A DNA stretch of 63,980 nucleotides, filler included, from Octopus bimaculoides (taxonomy: Eukaryota), in the NCBI RefSeq assembly GCF_001194135.2. It is 5 parts of 5 records of this genome, joined end to end, with 100 filler letters (N's around TTAATTAATTAA, not from the genome) between each part and the next. Parts side by side here need not be neighbours in the genome. Positions count along the whole stretch, not along the records: positions 1 to 24,139 come from NC_068981.1; positions 24,240 to 28,019 come from NW_026327606.1; 3 more parts are not named here. One strand, given 5' to 3'. Positions within the stretch are counted from its first letter, which is position 1. The number at the start of each line of letters is the position of its first letter. Below the pieces are notes generated by a model. The model was not told the origin of the DNA. It did no database searches and worked only from the letters and a program-made list of their open reading frames with translations. Below are positions 13,388 to 25,091 of the stretch, piece by piece. Position numbers and translations under genes: made by a program.

Positions 13388-13922
13388 CTGAAATACAAAT
13401 AGCAGAAAATATGTTTTTAAAAAATATGAATAATTAACATAATATAATTTGTATGTATGTGTGAGAGTGTGCATGCATAGGTGAATATATATGTATATGC
13501 ATGTATGTTTGTGAGAGAAAGTGTGTGTGTGTGTGTGTGTGTGTGCACGCAAAAGCTATAAACTGGAATTGGTTGGACAAATCTTCAAACAACATTTTCC
13601 CCCATGTCTTTCAATTTTGCATAATTCCATCTCTGCAGCTAAATCTTCTCTCGATACTGATGTAATCATTTATTTCTCATAATATCTAACACCAACAGAT
13701 GATTTTTTTTTTTTTTTTTTTTAAACAATATGTGTTATCCATTCACACACATTCATGCCTATAGACTTGCCTTCTCTATGCACTAGCTACTGTATATGGT
13801 ACACAGTCATATAAACTGCCTTGAAAATTATTTAATAAATACAATAGCAAATATAAGTTATAAGGACTAAAAATTTTAAATCCAAAAATAAATCAATTAA
13901 AAAAAATCAAAATTAATTCTGT

Positions 13923-14190
13923 TGTAACTGGGGAGAGTCATTTTCTTATTGTGCCTTAAAATTTAACACACTCACCAGTAAAATTTCCACTTATTTTTCT
14001 TTTTATTTTCCTAAAATTTTCGTTGCGTTTTGCAACCTTATCAATAGTCTTGGGACAGTCGAGACTATTGATAAGGTTGCAAGACGCAACAAAAATTTTA
14101 AGAAAATAAAAATAAGAAATAAGTGGAAATTTTACTGGTGAGTGTGTTAAATTTTAAGGCACAATAAGAAAATGACTCTCCCCAGATACA
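13923..14190. repeat. Long near-perfect inverted repeat (about 128-bp arms, 11-nt loop)
   Basis: ctggggagagtcattttc...caatagtct [tgggacagtcg] agactattg...gaaaatgactctccccag read directly. Confidence 0.9.
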
Positions 14191-14654
14191 AAAGAATATG
14201 CTTCAACACACGAAATCACATAAAAAATCTTGCAAACCAAATCCAAAAACGAAAAATTAATTCTAATAATCAGATAATTTTGAAAGTTATATGCTAAAAT
14301 GTCTATTCTCCACAAACAATCAAGCCAAGTTTCTAATTTATGGATATCTTCCTCCTCCCTTCCCACTAGTCTCAGGGGCCCTGTAAAGGGTCATGGGCAC
14401 TGCCTGCTTCCTGACTAACAGATAAAAGAAAAATAAGATTTAACGTTTCTGTTGCCATATTAAAACTTACTAGAAAGTATTTTATATATAAGGGACATAA
14501 TTCCCAACAAGAAAAGTTATTTGTAGTGTTGTTATCATCAATAATATTGTCTTAATGTATTGCATTGATGATAAAAGACACATGGGAATATTAGATGCAC
14601 CCTATTTTAGCAGCAGTCGTTGCATATCTCAGACTGAGTTTCAAACTGACAAGG

Positions 14655-14875
14655 AGACTATGGTAGCTTGATCAAGCATTGAGGTGCCCCCATGATGGAC
14701 TCATCCAGAAGGCAATAGCACCAGATCCTCCCCCAGGTTGGCATAAGCTAAGACGTGGCTCACAACAGTCAACGAAGATATGGAGCTCTTTTCCAGCACC
14801 TCAAGTTTTGGCGTTCATCGCTGGAATCGGGAACAGCTTCAATACACCGCAGAATCAGCCGCTAATATGATGTGA
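14655..14875 (+). mobile_element. RTE-like LINE C-terminal fragment
   Basis: ALRCPHDGLIQKAIAPDPPPGWHKL / TWLTTVNEDMELF...FGVHRWNRE. Confidence 0.5.
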
Positions 14876-14964
14876 TGAACTCAATAGGAACCAGCTTAAA
14901 CTCTCCTGGATGAATGTCAGAGCAACAAGAACAACTTCAGCACTACATATTCAGAAAAAAATGC

Positions 14965-15543
14965 TAGTGATTCTCAACCAGTTTTTAATTATGGATCCCT
15001 TAAATTACTATTTTATTCAGGTGGACCATCATAGCCATTTGATTTTAAAAACTAGTTTTACAGATACTTCTTTCAACATTCCTATTTTGTTTCTCACACA
15101 TTCCCTTGTATAGGCTGAGCTATGTAAAACACCAGCGAAACAAACCTAGCTGCTTCTTACAATAAATATATTTAAAGTAAAATGTTGTTGCCAGTGCCAC
15201 TGGACTGGCTCCCGTGCAAGTGGCACGTAAAAAACACCTTTTTGAGTGTGGCCGATGCCAGTACCGTGTGACTGGCACATAAAAGCACCCACTACACTCT
15301 TGGAGTGGTTGGTGTTAGGAAGGGCATCCAGCTGTAGAAACTCTGCCAGATCAGATTGGTGCAGCCTTCTAGCTTGCCAGTCCTCAGTCAAATCGTCCAA
15401 CCCATGCTAGCATGGAAAGCGGGCGTTAAACGATGATGATGATGATGATGATGTTTTCATAGGCCCATAAAATATTACTGTGGGCCCCTAAAAATCTTAC
15501 ATGGACTACAATGGGTCATATGGAACCTTGTTGAGAACCACAG
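14965..15543. mobile_element. Older copy of the same hAT MITE family, interrupted by a SINE
   Basis: tagtgattctcaac ... gttgagaaccacag ends; interior resembles the reverse complement of 53065-53404. No TSD seen. Confidence 0.55.
15190..15455 (+). mobile_element. SINE family C with (GAT)n tail; other copies at 16565-16706 (-) and 20560-20835 (+)
   Basis: ggtgttaggaagggcatccagctgtagaaac module, ...ggcgttaaacgatgatgat tail. Confidence 0.8.
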
Positions 15544-16721
15544 ATTAAGTGCATTAAAGCATGTAATATTTAAAGCAACTTTGCATATAAGACCTGGAAA
15601 GGATTTTTTGAGACATTTTTGTGGGGGGAAAAAGTGCATCTTATAGGTCAATGAATATAGTATTTTCCCATGATGGCAAGAGTTAGCTGGGTCTGTTATA
15701 CAGCATGCTGCCATGTATTCACAAGTCTAAGAATTCTATTAAGGAATTTTCTTGGGCAGATAAATATTTCAACCCATTCAGAGTTCCATGCCAAAATAGG
15801 GGAAAATCCTTAAATGAAAATTATTAGTCTACCAAATGTTTTCTAGGGGATTATTTATTTGACCATGTTGTTGTTTAGCCCCAGGTCAACTCTGACAGAG
15901 CAAAACATGACCAAAGTTGTTCCAGCCACAACTATCACTTTCATTATACATCATAGTTCCATGTCCACTTCCTAGGCTGGCATGGGCTGAACACTTGTTA
16001 CTGCATTTCTAGATGAATCAGAAGACGACGTCTAGTTTGGTGTCCATGGCTAGATGCTCTTCCTAACACCAACCAGAGTATGCTATCTTAAGTTCAAACA
16101 GAGAATCTTAAACTGCATTATCTAATATGCACTTTTTAAAGAAAGTCTGGTGTAATTTGACTGCCATTTCTAGCAGGTTAAGCTCCTACATAGCAACTCT
16201 CCATTGATTCACTTAATTAGTCAGAGTCAGGCTCTATTTACATTCAAATAATACATGTAGCAGTCATTCTGAGACACATATGCATGTATAAACATATATA
16301 TAGGGTTAATAAACATAACAGCTCTTTGTAAAGCAACAATCATAACTTTAATCTGCAAATAAATATGTTAATAAAAATCAAAATATTGTGATTGATTTTA
16401 ATTGAGAAAAGCACACATCCAGATCAAATAATCAAGCTCCCAGCCAACCAACCCTCCAAATTTTACTACTAGTACGAGTAGTACTACTACTACAAAGAAT
16501 TTTAACGCTGAAGAGGAAGACGAGATAATATTTGGGACAATTCACTAAATATAGAAATGGAATACATCATCATCATCATCGTTTAACGTCCGCTTTCCAT
16601 GCTAGCATGGGTTGGACGATTTGACTGAGGACTGGTGAAACCGGATGGCAACACCAGGCTCCAATCTAAATTTGGCAGAGTTTCTACAGCTGGATGCCCT
16701 TCCTAATACAATACATATATA

Positions 16722-16900
16722 CGAGGGGGTGCTGAAAAATTCCTGGTTTTAAGGGTATCGTGAAAAGCCTGATTGGAGGCCCAACCTTCCAAGTTCTTTT
16801 ACAGGGCTTAGAAAAACTGAAGGGTTGCTGCAATAAGTGTGTGAATCTGAGAGGGCAATATGTTGAATAAAATCATAATTAACTAATCTACCTGTATTTT
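16722..16900 (+). mobile_element. Second copy of the mariner MITE, running into a gap
   Basis: TA|cgagggggtgctgaaaaattcctgg; interior encodes a mariner C-terminus (LQGLEKLKGCCNKCVNLRGQYVE*). An isolated TIR of the same family lies at 354-384. Confidence 0.75.
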
Positions 16901-17385
16901 NNNNNNNNNNNNNNNNNNNNNNNNNNNNNNNNNNNNNNNNNNNNNNNNNNNNNNNNNNNNNNNNNNNNNNNNNNNNNNNNNNNNNNNNNNNNNNNNNNNN
17001 NNNNNNNNNNNNNNNNNNNNNNNNNNNNNNNNNNNNNNNNNNNNNNNNNNNNNNNNNNNNNNNNNNNNNNNNNNNNNNNNNNNNNNNNNNNNNNNNNNNN
17101 NNNNNNNNNNNNNNNNNNNNNNNNNNNNNNNNNNNNNNNNNNNNNNNNNNNNNNNNNNNNNNNNNNNNNNNNNNNNNNNNNNNNNNNNNNNNNNNNNNNN
17201 NNNNNNNNNNNNNNNNNNNNNNNNNNNNNNNNNNNNNNNNNNNNNNNNNNNNNNNNNNNNNNNNNNNNNNNNNNNNNNNNNNNNNNNNNNNNNNNNNNNN
17301 NNNNNNNNNNNNNNNNNNNNNNNNNNNNNNNNNNNNNNNNNNNNNNNNNNNNNNNNNNNNNNNNNNNNNNNNNNNNNNNNNNNNN

Positions 17386-17690
17386 CTGCTAAGTTACAGG
17401 GACATAAGCACACCAGCATCGGTTGTCAAGCGGTGTTGGGGGGGACAAACACAGACACACAAACATATACATATATATACATATATACATATATATACAT
17501 ATATACATATATATACATATATACGACAGGCTTCTTTCAGTTTTCGTCTACCAAATCCACTCACAAGGCTTTGGTCGGCCCGGGGCTATAGTAGAAGACA
17601 CTTGTCCAAGGTGCCACGCAGTGGGAATGAACCCGGAACCATGTGGTTGGTAAGCAAGCTACTTACCACACAGCCACTCCTGCGCCTATG
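17386..17690 (-). mobile_element. SINE family B with intact tRNA-like head
   Basis: Head (rc) ggcgcaggagtggctgtgtggtaagtagcttgcttaccaaccacatggttccgggttcattcccactgcg. Confidence 0.85.
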
Positions 17691-18851
17691 TAACTTTTGT
17701 TCAGGAAATATTGAAACCAATATTGCAAACCTACAAATCTCTCATCAGTTCCATAGTGCTACCACTGCTTACAGTGGTGAGTTTATACCATGCGATGTGA
17801 CTTAGTCATTGACAGTCAGTAATCTTGGTCATGGACACATGCTGTGACTGTGACAGAGTACTGAAACTGACAACAACACCAGAGCTAATGATTGAGTATC
17901 CTATCAATATCAGGTTGCTTGTGAGCACTAAATGGTAATGAATGACCCAGTACAACTTGTTATATGGTCAGGTCATTGGTGACTAAACCAGCAACCCCAC
18001 CAAGCTTGCTTGAAGACAAGGGAGATTTTTGGACACCTTGTGGGATGAAAAACAACTCATCTAAAATGAAGATGAAGTCAGGAAAGTCAACAACCAACAA
18101 ATTTTGTGTAAATATGCTTATTTGTAATGTATGCAAAGACTGGACTTCTTAGTTGATTGCATGGAAGAAACATACCCACCAACAAACAAGTTTCAACGAG
18201 CAGAAAGGTAATATCCAGCAACATCACTCAAAGCCATGTACTTCAGAGATAAGTGGACATGTAGATCACCCAGAACATCTCGTTGCATCCTTGATAAATT
18301 CCCCCTTATCTTGGCAGCCTTGCCACCAGTCCAGGAGGTCAGAGATGAAAGACTGAGATTGGTCATCCAGGACAGCCTCCTTCACTATAATCCGAGTTCA
18401 ATGCAAGTCAGAATTCAAACTTCTTCACAAATCGACAGCAAACCTTTCATCGCAATGTTCAGGATACCACATGCATCTGTGACTATGAAATACTGCCTAC
18501 TCTAGTTTCATCATACACAAGGTATAGTATAGGCTAGAGCAGCAGTAAATATCCAGTATACACTGTGGGTCAATAAGAGGTGGAGTCTTGGTCATCTTCA
18601 AAGACAGAGGCAAGCAACATATCCTATCAACTGAATTATTCAAATCTTACATGATGGCTAGATGTCTAAAAACAAATACAACTCTGAAACTATTCTTAAT
18701 CCATTCTCTTTTTACCTAAATCCATTGCTGGTAGATATCACAGCGCACTGGAATTAAACCCAGTTTCTAAATCTCTGAACAGTTCTTAAATATTCCTCAT
18801 TTTATATAAGACCACAGACTTTTGCAGGTTTTAGTCAGGTTTTAGTTTCTT

Positions 18852-18905
<54 letters not shown>

Positions 18906-19254
18906 ACACACACAGCAGCAGCTCAACTGCCTACATAAAGGATCTGCATATCTACAAGGTACCAAATTTTATTCATCAAAAGTGCAGTAACTTCATAAGG
19001 AACACATCATAGATAACTGTTAAGGAACATTAGCTTCACTAGCAATGATTCTTTTTAATCTCTTAGATAAGGAAGCCTATATGTTGTAAAATAAATTCCA
19101 TGTTACTACCATTTACATTGGGTTGTTTATCACATGGAGCACAAATAGACATTAATATGAAAGAACATCAAGAGAATATTATTTGGTCATGCAACAGTTG
19201 AGAAATTCAATAAATTAAATAAGGGAAAATTTAAACATCAAAAGTAACATCTAC

Positions 19255-19367
19255 CTGTTAACCCCCACATGGTGTATGAATTCAGTTGTGTGTGTATTCC
19301 ACCTATCGTAGCATCTGAGATGCAAGGCAAAGCAAACGTTGTAGTCGTCTCAATTGGTACGTTATAT
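19255..19367 (-). CDS. ATPAF2: ATPAF2 internal exon (113 bp)
   Basis: ttgtag|...|gtagat; encodes (R)YNVPIETTTTFALPCISDATIGGIHTQLNSYTMWGLT(G), aligning to human RYGVEISSSTSIMGPSIP...LASYNTWALQG. Phase 2 in, phase 1 out. Confidence 0.88.
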
Positions 19368-20952
19368 CTACAATCATAAAACAACCCACGTCAGGATTAC
19401 ATGAACAGGTTACACGTTTACACTTCTTTAATTCACAGTTAAAACTGGCATTTCATTGGGTTTTTTTGCCTACATAAACATTTACATAAAAATATACACA
19501 GAGGCATGCATGTGTGTATGAGTTAGAATGAGTGGGGTGGATATATAATTAGGATATACTACTAGTATGCATTTATTCATATTTAGTATACCAATTCTCC
19601 TGCTTTTAAGTTAGCTCCTGTGTAGGGCTCTTCATTAGGCTTTGGGCCCAACAATGACACTTCATGCATTGAGTACATATTAAATTTCATTAAACTTGAA
19701 CAATATTTTTTCAAGCAATGAACAATTTTCATCAAGACAATGATATAATTTGTTGACTAGGAACTTATTGCAAACCTGCATTTTTTGTCTTCCCATTCAG
19801 GGGTCAATACAATTTTTTTTTTTTCTGTCTAACCTCTTTCTTTCTCTCACTCTCTCTCTCTCTTTCTGTTGATTGTTTTCAACCATCACCATCACCAGTA
19901 CCACCACATCTGCCATACACACATCATTCAGACTTCTGAACCACCACCATCAATACCTTTGGTTTTGTTACCTCCCCCCACCACCACCACCACCACCATC
20001 ACCACTGTCTTTCATAACACTTACTCTCTGACCGCCTTAGCTACCACTACCACCACCATCATCACCGCTACCTCCACCTCTATCACAGCTACAGCTCATA
20101 CTATTACTATCACCCCATTGCCACCGGTCAGTATGTTAGTTCAATATGTTAGTTCGGTGTTCAGTCCCTCTTTCTCTCACATACCCACTCTTTCTCTCTC
20201 TCTATTATTACTCCCACTACCACCATCAACACTACTACTTTTAATAAAAACATCGTCAACGCTCCCTAAATTTCTTTGTCTCTCTTTCTCTCCCTCTCAC
20301 TGTCTGTCTTTGCCACCGCCCTCACCGTCTCTATGCCTACTATTACTCTCACCCCAGTATGAGCAATAGTAGAAGTGTCAATGAATAGTGAGAGAGAGGG
20401 TAAAAGTGTGACACACTGACACACAGGGTTTAGTTTTCGCATTTATTATATTAGATATTTTGTAGTTTGTCTTGTAATGTTCAGCACATCTTACTCTAAT
20501 AGCTATGGTAGACCTTGCTTAAAGCAACCACCCTATCTCACTTAAAGTGGCCACTCTAACTCCTATCCTCCATCTCAGTTGGGGAGACTCATTAGTCTTG
20601 CAAGTTACAAAGTAACCTCATTAATGTTGGTGCCACAATAAAAGCACTTAATGCACCCTGTAAACATGTAGGCATTAAGAAGGGCATCCAGCTATAGAAA
20701 CATTGTTAAAACTGCGACACTGGAGGAAGATGTGGTATTCCAACCCACTGGATTCTATCAAAACGTCCACCCATACCAGTATAGAAAACAGACTTAAAAA
20801 TGATGAAGAGGAGGAGGAGAATGATGATGATGATGAGATGGCTAACCTTGATGGTAACGGTTGAAACTTTACTGCAGCAAGTCTCTATTGCTGGGTAAGG
20901 TACATAACTCCTGCTTTTCTAAGTACATTTGATTTGACAAACAGGTACTATT

Positions 20953-21167
20953 CTTTTCTTCTCTAGGTACAAGGACTGAAATCTTGGGGAAGGGGACCAG
21001 TCAATTAGATCGACCCCCCATATGTAACTGGTACTTAATATATCAACCCCAAAAGGATGAAAGGCAAAGTCGACCTCAGCAGAATTTGAACTCAGAACAC
21101 GAAGACAGACAAAATACCACTAAGCATTTCGCCCGATGTGCTAACGTTTCTGCCAGCTTGCCGCCTT
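20953..21167 (-). mobile_element. SINE family A, full length
   Basis: Perfect 14-bp TSD aaacaggtactatt (20939-20952 / 21168-21181). Confidence 0.9.
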
Positions 21168-21906
21168 AAACAGGTACTATTCTATAGCATGGTGGCGTGC
21201 TTAGTAATAGCAAGAACATCTAGGTGTAATATCAGTTACTCTCATGAAAACCATTCCACTAATGCTACCTTATGAAAATTGATCTAAAACAGTACAAAAT
21301 CTATTCATATAAATGTTTAAATTTAAGCAATTTCTGAAATCTAATAAATTCCACTGAGAAAATTTTATGTTAGCACTTTAAACTACCAAGCGTTTTTTCT
21401 ATTTATTTCATTCTTTATGCCTGCCACCTTCAAATCAATACTTCTTCCCTTTTTTTTTTTGTCATCATATAAATGCAGGCATAGCTGTGTGGTTAAGAAG
21501 CTTGCTTAACAACTATGTGGTTTTGAGTTCAGTTCTGAATGTCTTCGATTATAGCCCCAGGTCAACCAATGTCTTATGAGTGAAATTAGTAGATGGAAAC
21601 TATATGGAAGTTCACTGTGTGTGTGTGTGTGTTTGTCCCTACCCACACTATTTCACGACTGGTGTTGGTTTGTTTACATCCCCGTAACTTAACAGTTCAA
21701 CAAAAAAAAAAAACCAATGAAATAAGTACTGGACTTAAAAAACAGTAAAAACTAAAAGAAATGTGAGGTAGAAGATTGCCAATGTATCACACAAGAAGGA
21801 GAAAAACACCAGAATATGAACAAAAACTGTTCAGAAAAAATGAGATATTCTACTGCAATTGTGACTTCTCAAAATTTACCAGGTAAAATGACAACAAATA
21901 ACTTAC

Positions 21907-21987
21907 CGATTTTTAAACCAGTCAATAATTGGATCCCACTTTTGTTTCTGCAATTCCAATAAGTCCTCAGGTTCAGACATTCGATAA
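21907..21987 (-). CDS. ATPAF2: ATPAF2 internal exon (81 bp)
   Basis: ttgcag|...|gtaagt; encodes (C)YRMSEPEDLLELQKQKWDPIIDWFKN(R), matching human CYRVEEPETLVELQRNEWDPIIEWAEKR. Splices in frame (CG+A) to the 19367 exon. Confidence 0.93.
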
Positions 21988-22049
21988 CTGCAAACCAAAA
22001 CTATGAGATTCAGTGTTTATGGATAGATAGAGGAAGGTTTTTAAATTAT

Positions 22050-22259
22050 CTATTTCCAGCATTCAGATTACTCTATCAAACATAATGCTTACTTATTCAC
22101 ATTGTTTTGAATTAATCATGCATCATCTTGTAGCTTTGAGATTTTGATGGTAAGAGTGTTTATTTTCAGAATGACATTTTAGGGTAACTGTCAGAGGTAG
22201 GATCTGGACAGACTGAACATAAAACAGAATATTTTGGCCAGATATGCGAAAGGGTTAAC
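22050..22259. mobile_element. Probable second piggyBac-like MITE, left end degraded
   Basis: Right end ...gcgaaaggg|ttaa; left end does not match well. Confidence 0.4.
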
Positions 22260-22847
22260 AAATAAATTCTATGAAAACAACAATATACCAAAAGAAAGAC
22301 TTCTAGCTTCATCTAGCTATTTAGTCTGTTTCTTTTTTAGTTTTTTTTTAACAAGTGCTGATGTGCATGTGTGGTTAAGAAGCTTGCTTCCCAACCATGT
22401 GGTCTCAAGTTCAGTCTCACTATGCAGCACCTTGGGAAAATGTCTTCTACTATAATCCAAATCCTTTCAAAGCTTTGTGAGTGGATTTGGTACATGGAAA
22501 CTAAAAGAAGCCCATATCATCATCACCATCATCATCGTTTAATGTCTACTTTCCATGCTAGCATGGGTTGGACGGTTTGACTGAAGATTGGCAAACCAGG
22601 AGGCTGCACCAGGCTCCAATCTGATCTGGCACGGTTTCTACAGCTGGATGCCCTTCCTAATGCCAACCACTTCGAGAGTGTAGTGAGTGTTTTTTACGTG
22701 CCACTGGCACGGGAGCCAGTCACACGGCACTGGCATCGACCACGCTCAAATGGTGCTTTTTATGTGCCACCAGCATGGGAGCCAGTCAGGTGGCATAAAT
22801 ATATATATACACATACACACATGTCCATGTGTATGTGTGAGAATGTG

Positions 22848-22887
<40 letters not shown>

Positions 22888-23127
22888 GTTGTCTTGACAT
22901 CATGTGATGATCATAAATGAGCCTCGCCATCATCATACAAGCAATGGTGCTTGTTTCCAGTCTGCCATGAGAAACATGTCTGGCCAAGGAAACAGGAGAG
23001 AATTGACAACTTGAAGGGCATCTGGTTGTAAAAAACCTGCCTCAATAAATTCCATCTGATCCATGCAAGCTTGGAAAATTGAGGCAACATTAAATGATAA
23101 TGATAATAACAACAAATTCTAAATTAA

Positions 23128-23349
23128 CCCTTTCATTACCATATTTATTTTGAGACCCTCTGTGTTTCTTTCAATTAATTTTAAATATAACAAAGAATTT
23201 AGTAAAATAACTTAGTTATCATTAAGCTAGTGTTAGGAACATAAATTGAGACTAAGGTTCGGTGGTAGATTTTAATTCAAAACTTTTGAAAACCAGACAT
23301 GTGTACAACAGAGCCAAAGACGGTTTCAGCTGGGTTGGTAATGAAAAGG
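23128..23349. mobile_element. piggyBac-like MITE with TTAA target-site duplication
   Basis: TTAA(23124-23127)|ccctttcattacca ... tggtaatgaaaagg|TTAA(23350-23353). Confidence 0.8.
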
Positions 23350-23856
23350 TTAAACAAGAAGTAAGTTTGTAGCATTTATACTGTTAACAGTACAGTAAAA
23401 CAGACAGTCCATCAAAATGATAATGGTATCTTTTATCTTTTACTTATTTCAGTTATTAGGCTGTGGCCTTGCAACTGCACTGTCTTGAAGAATTTTAGTC
23501 AAACGAATCGATCCCAGTACATTTTTTTTGTTTTTTTATAAGACTGGTACTTATTCTGTCAGTCGCTTTTGCCAAACCACTAAGTTACAGAGACATAAAC
23601 ACACCAATACTGGTTGTCAAGTGATGGGAGTAGGGGACAAATACAAAGACACACACACACATATATGTATATACATATATATAATGTTTTACCAAAAGGG
23701 AAAACTATAATTGTCACTAAGTATGACTAGGGAGTTAGAAACACCTGCATTACAAGAAATAAGAGCTAAAATGCTCTAAAGCTGTAGTCAAAGCACTTAA
23801 TTGTATACATATATACTGACAGGGACTATAATTACCCAAAAACATCAATCAACAAT

Positions 23857-23890
<34 letters not shown>

Positions 23891-23923
23891 GATAAAAAAA
23901 AGTGTAGGTGGCATACAAGTGGG

Positions 23924-24128
23924 TATATATTTATAAAAAAGAAGTTTGAAAACGCCAATATATAAAAAATGAATTTTAATTTATAATTTTGTCACAGATA
24001 TTTTTAACATGTTTAAGGTTTGTTTTTTCAAGAACCGAAACATGTTAAAAATATCTCTGACAAAATTATAAATTAAAATCCATTTTTTATATATTGGCGT
24101 TTTGAAACTTCTTTTTTATAAATATATA
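23924..24128. repeat. Long near-perfect inverted repeat (about 90-bp arms) between (TA)n tracts
   Basis: tatatatttataaaaaagaagtttgaaaacgcc...aacatgttt [loop] aaacatgtt...ggcgttttgaaacttcttttttataaatatata. Confidence 0.9.
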
Positions 24129-24139
24129 TGTATGTGTAT

Positions 24140-24239
24140 NNNNNNNNNNNNNNNNNNNNNNNNNNNNNNNNNNNNNNNNNNNNTTAATTAATTAANNNNN
24201 NNNNNNNNNNNNNNNNNNNNNNNNNNNNNNNNNNNNNNN
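24140..24239. other. Synthetic scaffolding linker N44-TTAATTAATTAA-N44 (also 28020-28119, 32696-32795, 62777-62876)
   Basis: Four identical 100-bp constructs; the central 12-mer has stop codons in all six frames. Confidence 0.95.
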
Positions 24240-25058
24240 GGGAAAGACAGAAAAAGAGGGTGAGAGAAATAGATAGATAGATAGACAGAGAGAGAGAGAG
24301 AGAGAGTGAGAATGAAAGAGAGAGAGATAGAGAGGGAGAGAGAGAGAGGGAGAGGGAGAGAGAGAGATGGAGAACGAGAAAGAGAGAGACAGATAGACAG
24401 AGAACGAGAGAGAGATAGAGTGACAGAGAATGGTAGGGAGGAGGAAAAGCAGAGAGATTATTGAGGCGAGAGTGAGATTGAGAGAAAGAGAGAGAGGAAG
24501 AGGGAGAGATGAGAGAAAGAGAGAGAGGAAGAGTAAAGTGAGAGTGAGCGAGAAAGAGGAAAAGAGAGATAGAGAAAAAGAGTGATAGAGAAAAACAGAG
24601 ACAGAGAAAATGAGAGAGAGAAAGAGAGGGAGAAAAGGGAGAGAAAAGAGAAAGAAAGAGACAGAGAGCAAAAGAGAAGGAGAGAGACGGAGAGGAGGGA
24701 GAGGAGGGAGAGAAGAGAGAAAGAGAGAGACAGAAAAAGAGAGAGAGAAAAAAACAGAAAGAGAAAAAATGAGAGAGCGAGAAAATGAGAGAGAGAGAAA
24801 AAGAGAGAAAGAGAAAAAGAGAGAGAGGGAAAAGAGAGAGAGAAAGAGAGGGAGAAAAGGGAGAGAAAAGAGAAAGAAAGAGACAGAGAGAGAGACAGAG
24901 AGCAAGAGAGAAGGAGAGAGACGGAGAGGCGGGAGAGAAGAGAGAAAGAGAGAGACAGAAAAAGTGAGAGAGAGAAAAATAGAAAGAGAAAAAAAGAGAG
25001 AGAGAAAAGAGAGAGAGAAAGCAAAAAAGAAAGAGGGAGACGGAGAGAAGAGAGAGAC

Positions 25059-25091
<33 letters not shown>

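Larger units (their letters stand above)
21474..23665. mobile_element. SINE-dense interval: family B (21474-21735 +, 22360-22515 +, 23430-23665 -) and family C (22525-22795 -, 22950-23110 +)
   Basis: Family motifs as in the other copies. The interval also contains the ATPAF2 exon at 21907-21987. Confidence 0.72.

Noticed and set aside
17900-18640. Possible decayed CR1/Jockey ORF2
   Set aside because: Only vague similarity; no diagnostic motif could be read with confidence.
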